This document shows, one piece after another, positions 59,501 to 64,000 of a stretch of DNA of 64,000 bases (the stretch's first letter is position 1; every line of letters starts with the position of its first letter). The stretch spans positions 558,001 through 622,000 of the forward strand of contig QPGO01000025.1 of the NCBI GenBank assembly GCA_008632985.1, read 5' to 3'. Under the pieces are notes generated by a model that had not been told where the DNA came from, made no database searches, and worked only from the letters and a program-made list of their open reading frames with translations. This DNA comes from Psammoneis japonica (taxonomy: Eukaryota). The position numbers and the translations under genes are program-made.

Positions 59501-59556
59501 GATTTTGCACCCTTTGCTGCCATTTTGCGCCCTTTGTGATTTTGCGCCCTTTGTGA
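56515..59556. repeat. ~3 kb minisatellite of interleaved 17- and 20-bp units
   Basis: Units TTTTGCRCCCTTTGTGA (17), TTTTGCRCCCTTGBCCA (17) and TTTTGCACCCTTTGCYGCCA (20). Confidence 0.97.
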
Positions 59557-60629
59557 TTCAACATCACAGCTCTGCCCGCAAGGTGTGGCCAGTTGCGCGG
59601 CTGCATCGAACCCAAATGTGTGCGACCAACTGGCCATGGATCAGTGCATGTGCCCTGCTCCTGTTGAAGACTTTTTGGAGATGTCGTCGCCCTGTGTGAT
59701 TCTTTTGCATTTGCGAGTTGAGCTTGGACACTTTGTTTTGTCATCCAGTCTGTTCTCACACATCATCCCTGTTCTTTTGTTGACCTTCATTGTCTTTTAC
59801 ATTTTGACATTGCAGATCAGGGGAGGGTGTCAGTCTGCCTGTCGTGCAATGGCCAGACTGTGCGCAGATGATGACCGGACCTCTCAGATGGATGAGCAGA
59901 TCTCTCTGAGATCTGCCTCTCATTTTCTTCTGCTGGCACTTGTGACATCATTGTCCCAGTGCTTGGAGAGTCTTTCATGTCATCATCATCATTGCCCTTT
60001 GGCATTCTGTCACAGCCATCATGCTCAGCAACCACACTCCTCAGCAATCGTGCCAAGCAATGCACCAGGATGTGCAAAATCCACGCAAATTTGGAAACAA
60101 GGCCCAATTTGATGATTGTTGGGATCAGGTCTTGCAAGTGCCATGAAGGTGTTGACTTGAGCAACAGAGTTTTCAAACAGCCATTTTTCAGCCGTTGTCA
60201 ACAACCACTGACCACCCCCTTTGGTTTCTCAATGTTGCTTTTGGGTGTCAGAGGGAAGTTCTGCAAGTTGAGTTTTTGCATGCAATCTTTGTCATGCACA
60301 TTTGAAACCTTCGTCATGAACTTGCAATGCATTGATTGTGATCTCACAACACAGCCATGATGTGGAGCAGACTGCGACACATTTCTCTGGCTCTCGCAGC
60401 CTCAATGACAGATCAACTGCAGTGCCATCTCAGTGGCATCACCATGTCATCTTCCAAGTTGGATTGCTTGTCCAGGTGCACATCCGCACAGAGCAAAATG
60501 AGGAAAGACAAGAAGAAACAGAAAAAAAGAAGGACAAAATGACAAATCTGCTGTGCAAGTCATTCATGATGATGGGTGCAACAAGCTTCCTCCCATGCAA
60601 AAAGACCACAACAGTTTGGAAGAGGAGCT

Positions 60630-61470
60630 GGTTGTTGTTGTGGTCTCAGAGGAAATGCCAAAGAAGAAACAGGAATGGGAGGCAGTGGACAATTGCGGTT
60701 CTTGCCCAACATGATTCTGATGATCACAATGACAGCAGCAGAAGAGATTTGCTGCCAAGACAAAGAAAGCATCGCAACTCACTGAGTGCATCACCTCCTT
60801 GCAGAAAAAGCCATCGGACAGCGACAGCAGTGCACAGGCTTGTGTGTGACATCAGATGGCAAGGATTCTCCTGCAAGAAGATGTTGGAAACATGACTCAG
60901 GTGACACCAGCTCTCCTCCTCCCAGAAGAAGGCACAGGCATGGTTCAGACCATGCACAATGACCAGCAGGGATCACATTCAATGATTTGTCCTTCCGCTG
61001 ATGTGGCGCTGCTTTGTCAGTCATGCAGCACAATGACAAATTGGGCCAACTTGATTCAAACTTGTCAAGAGCTCTTTTGCAGCCACTTGACTGGGACCCT
61101 GTCATGAGACATGAGCTTCCTCCTGCACAAGAATGTCGCAGTTTAGAAGAAGAGTTGTTGCTGTTGTTGTTGTTGTTGTTGTTGTTGCTGCTGCTGCTGC
61201 AGAAGAAATGCCAAAGAAGAAATGGGAGGCTGTGGACAGTCGTGATTCTGACCTGACACAATGACAGCACAGCAGAGGCAATTTGCCACCAAGACAAAGA
61301 ACGCATCACAACTTGCCAAGTGCATTGCCTCCTCACAGAAAAAGTCATGATTCAGACAGTGGAAGCAGTGTGCAGGCTCGCAAGTGACACAGACATGACT
61401 CAGATGACAACGAGAATTCTCCTTCAAGGAGACGCCGGAGACATGATTCAGACAACAGCTCTTCTCCTCC
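60630..61470. repeat. Degenerate ~550-bp direct duplication including a (TTG/CTG)n microsatellite at 61155-61200
   Basis: CAGARGAAATGCCAAAGAAGAAA...GGGAGGC.GTGGACA at ~60647 and ~61200; ACATGACTCAG.TGACA at ~60890 and ~61393. Confidence 0.7.
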
Positions 61471-61801
61471 TGGAAGAAGGCACAGACATGACAAAGACAA
61501 TCAAAAAGTCCTCATCTCCTCTGAGATGCCACAGACATGACTCTTCTGACAACAGCAGCAGCTGCAATTTCTGCAAGGCAGAAATCGGTTGGCAGCGGGG
61601 AAAAAATGAGAAGCCCAGTTCATGGCAGATCACAACAAGCAGAGTTGAGTGAAATGCAAACAGAATCCTTTGCACAGTGGGCTGATCATGAAGGCTTGAA
61701 AGACATGAGAAAGAATGAGATTCATGCAGAACAAACCATGGCTGCACATTCAATGGTGTGAACTGACAGCCGGAGGGGAAAGGTGGACAGCTGGCCATGT
61801 G

Positions 61802-61915
61802 GATTTGGTTTTTGGATCCAATTCTCAGCTTCAAGCAATTGCTGAGTGCTGTGCCCATGCAGATTTGGTTTTTGGATCCAATTCTCAGCTTCAAGCAATT
61901 GCTGAGTGCTGTGCC
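61802..61915. repeat. Two tandem 60-bp copies
   Basis: GATTTGGTTTTTGGATCCAATTCTCAGCTTCAAGCAATTGCTGAGTGCTGTGCC at 61802 and 61862. Confidence 0.9.
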
Positions 61916-64000
61916 TGTGGCTGTTTGCAAAGCGTGTTTGCAAGCAATTTTGCCAAGGTGTGAACAAAGATTGTGAATCTTGGTCATTTTGACCAGGTTG
62001 TGAATGGCTCTTCTGCACCCAAGTTGAAGTCCTGCAGAAGCAGGGAGGCAAGACATGATCACATGAGTGCTTCATGACAAACATCAATTGTGCCTGCAAA
62101 ATTGTCATCCGTGTGTCTCGTTGCACTTGCAGCATGGTCATTCACAACAAATGCAAAGACAAGATGAAGAAGCGACACCTCTCTTGCTGAGATGGAAACA
62201 GTGTCTCTGGTCTTCAAGCAGCCATTGGGGTGGACTTTTCTCCTGTGTAGTTTCATCAGTGGTGTTGTGCTTGTTGCTTGCATCACTTGGGTTTGCATCT
62301 TTGCCAGGAGCATTTTGTGTGTTGCTTGCATCACTTGGGTTCACACCTGAGCTGAAGCTGGGGTGCATTGTCATGGTGAAACCCACCCTCCACAATTTGA
62401 AGATGCCACAGCAATGACCCTTCATTGAGTGCAGAATCCCCAAGTGTGAGTGCACAAGAAAGTTGAGGAATCAAAAAGGAAGCTGCACACAACAAGCCAA
62501 ACCAAGTTCAATGATCTGTGCAAATGGAAGAAACAACAAAGACAGCAGGCCAAGAGATGCAAAAGCAGACAAGATGCTGCCAAAACCCTTGCCAAAAAAC
62601 TGCCCAGGAAATGCTCATGCCCTGATTTGAGCTCCAGCACAAAGAGCGATTCTCTTGGCAATGGACTGTCAAGAGTGTCCCTGTCATGATGGGAGCAGCA
62701 TGCACCATGACAAGCCCAACAGGAACCGCAATGAATGTGTTTTCACACTCATTTTCAAAGTGACAAATTTTGATGCTGACCCCACAATGTTTGGGAATCC
62801 CTGCACAAGCAAGGGCCAGACTGGCCCCACGAGGCATGCCAACTCGTCCAATCCCGAATTGCTTGAGTTTGTCTTTGCTCAACTGACATGCTGTGGATGA
62901 CATGTGCACGAGGGCAAGGAAAAAACTTAAGAAAGGTGCAACAATGCCACACTGGATGAAGGGTGCTTGAGCAGCACAGGTTGCATTTGTTTCCTTTGGT
63001 GCCACATTCCCCTGAGTCCTCTGGCATGGGCAGTGTTGACAGCGACCATGCTGTTGATGATGTGACATCTGTGCAACTCATGGGCTCAGGTGGGAGCATG
63101 CCATGCTGGGCAGTGCTCTTCTTTCTTCAAACCAGCATGTTGTGGGTCATGAACGAAGATCTCTGTGTTGCACTCAATGCAAATGAATCAGCAACTTTGA
63201 GACAGCTGTGCACGAAACACCTTTTGTCCTTGGTGACAAAATGAGCTGGGACAACAGAGCAGACATCTGCACAAATGTGCTGCACTGTCCTGGTTGAAGG
63301 TGCAGTCTTCATCACCTTCTGCAAATGCCCAAGCGATTGACAGACTGACAAAGTTGTGGCACAAGGCGACATTGCCCAACAAAGAAAGAATTTGTTCTGG
63401 ATGCACGCAGCATTCCATTTCCTGACCAGAGAAGTACATTCTGCCTCTCTTGGCTGCAATGGCTGCAACTGTCAGCCCTGATGTTCTTGCAGCCACATGA
63501 AGGACCCACAGCACCAAAGTGGCCTCAAAGAACTTTGAGGCATCCACGCCAAGAGAGAGAGTGCGCAAATGGGCCTCAAACAACTCGCAAGTCGGCACCA
63601 CTCCATCAAACTCATGGATCTCACAACTGTCCTCAAATGCATGGGCTTGCAACAAGACTGATGCAAATCCAGGCATCCCCTGAAACCACCAGCGCAGTTG
63701 GGTCCAAAGAGGCGCAAGAAGCTGAGTGAGCCCCAACTGGTTTTCTTGGCCTCTGTCAGTGAAGAATGGATCAACAGCAGCGTTTGCTTACAAAACCACA
63801 GAAAAACATCTTCAGTCCTGCTCCAAATGCTGCTTTGTAAGTCAGGAGAGGAAAGTGGTGAGCAGAGTCAAACCTCTCAGCTGTCTGGCACTAGAACAAA
63901 TAAAATGTGCTGGCAGCGTGAAATAGCGCGACCATCTAAACCCGATGGGTAAACCAACTGCGCCAAAATAACCATCGCGAAACTTTCTTCGAACTTTTTA

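Larger units (their letters stand above)
50850..63785. other. TpA-depleted degenerate block 3 (transposon relics, internal duplications, satellite)
   Basis: Same composition as blocks 1-2; TA becomes frequent again from ~63788. Confidence 0.9.

Noticed and set aside
56489..59759. Long Lys/Gly-rich ORFs (up to 934 aa) resembling histone H1-like proteins
   Set aside because: All three minus frames give the same peptide repeats because the 17/20-bp units lack stop codons; this is a satellite artefact.

Overview
Eukaryotic nuclear DNA, most likely a diatom or related stramenopile (compact genes, ~90-100 nt GT-AG introns, bipartite 'signal + A/G-F' plastid presequences). The window has two sharply different compartments. 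Gene-dense islands (~1-3050, ~6080-17130, ~31450-50640) encode two tandem H-NOX/guanylate cyclases, bL17, DSS1/SEM1, a CLC transporter, gamma-tocopherol methyltransferase, a YafJ-like class II amidotransferase, BioF with a PTS1, an ARM-like CaaX protein, a 3R-MYB, an F-box/JmjC protein, a WD40-like protein, a Cys-repeat/mucin surface protein, a DUF285 protein and a plastid membrane protein. Three gene-free blocks (~3100-6080, ~17140-31445, ~50850-63785) hold transposon and gene relics plus a 3 kb satellite. The main observation is that these blocks are almost devoid of TpA (and poor in CpG) and rich in TpG/CpA. Conserved Tyr codons of the relics read as His or Cys, and a paralog alignment at one block edge shows TA->TG and CG->CA/TG changes. 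This suggests a region-targeted TpA->TpG/CpA mutation process that runs opposite to fungal RIP. Scattered 1-2 nt frameshifts in intact-looking genes are probably assembly errors. All compositional statements are by eye, not computed.
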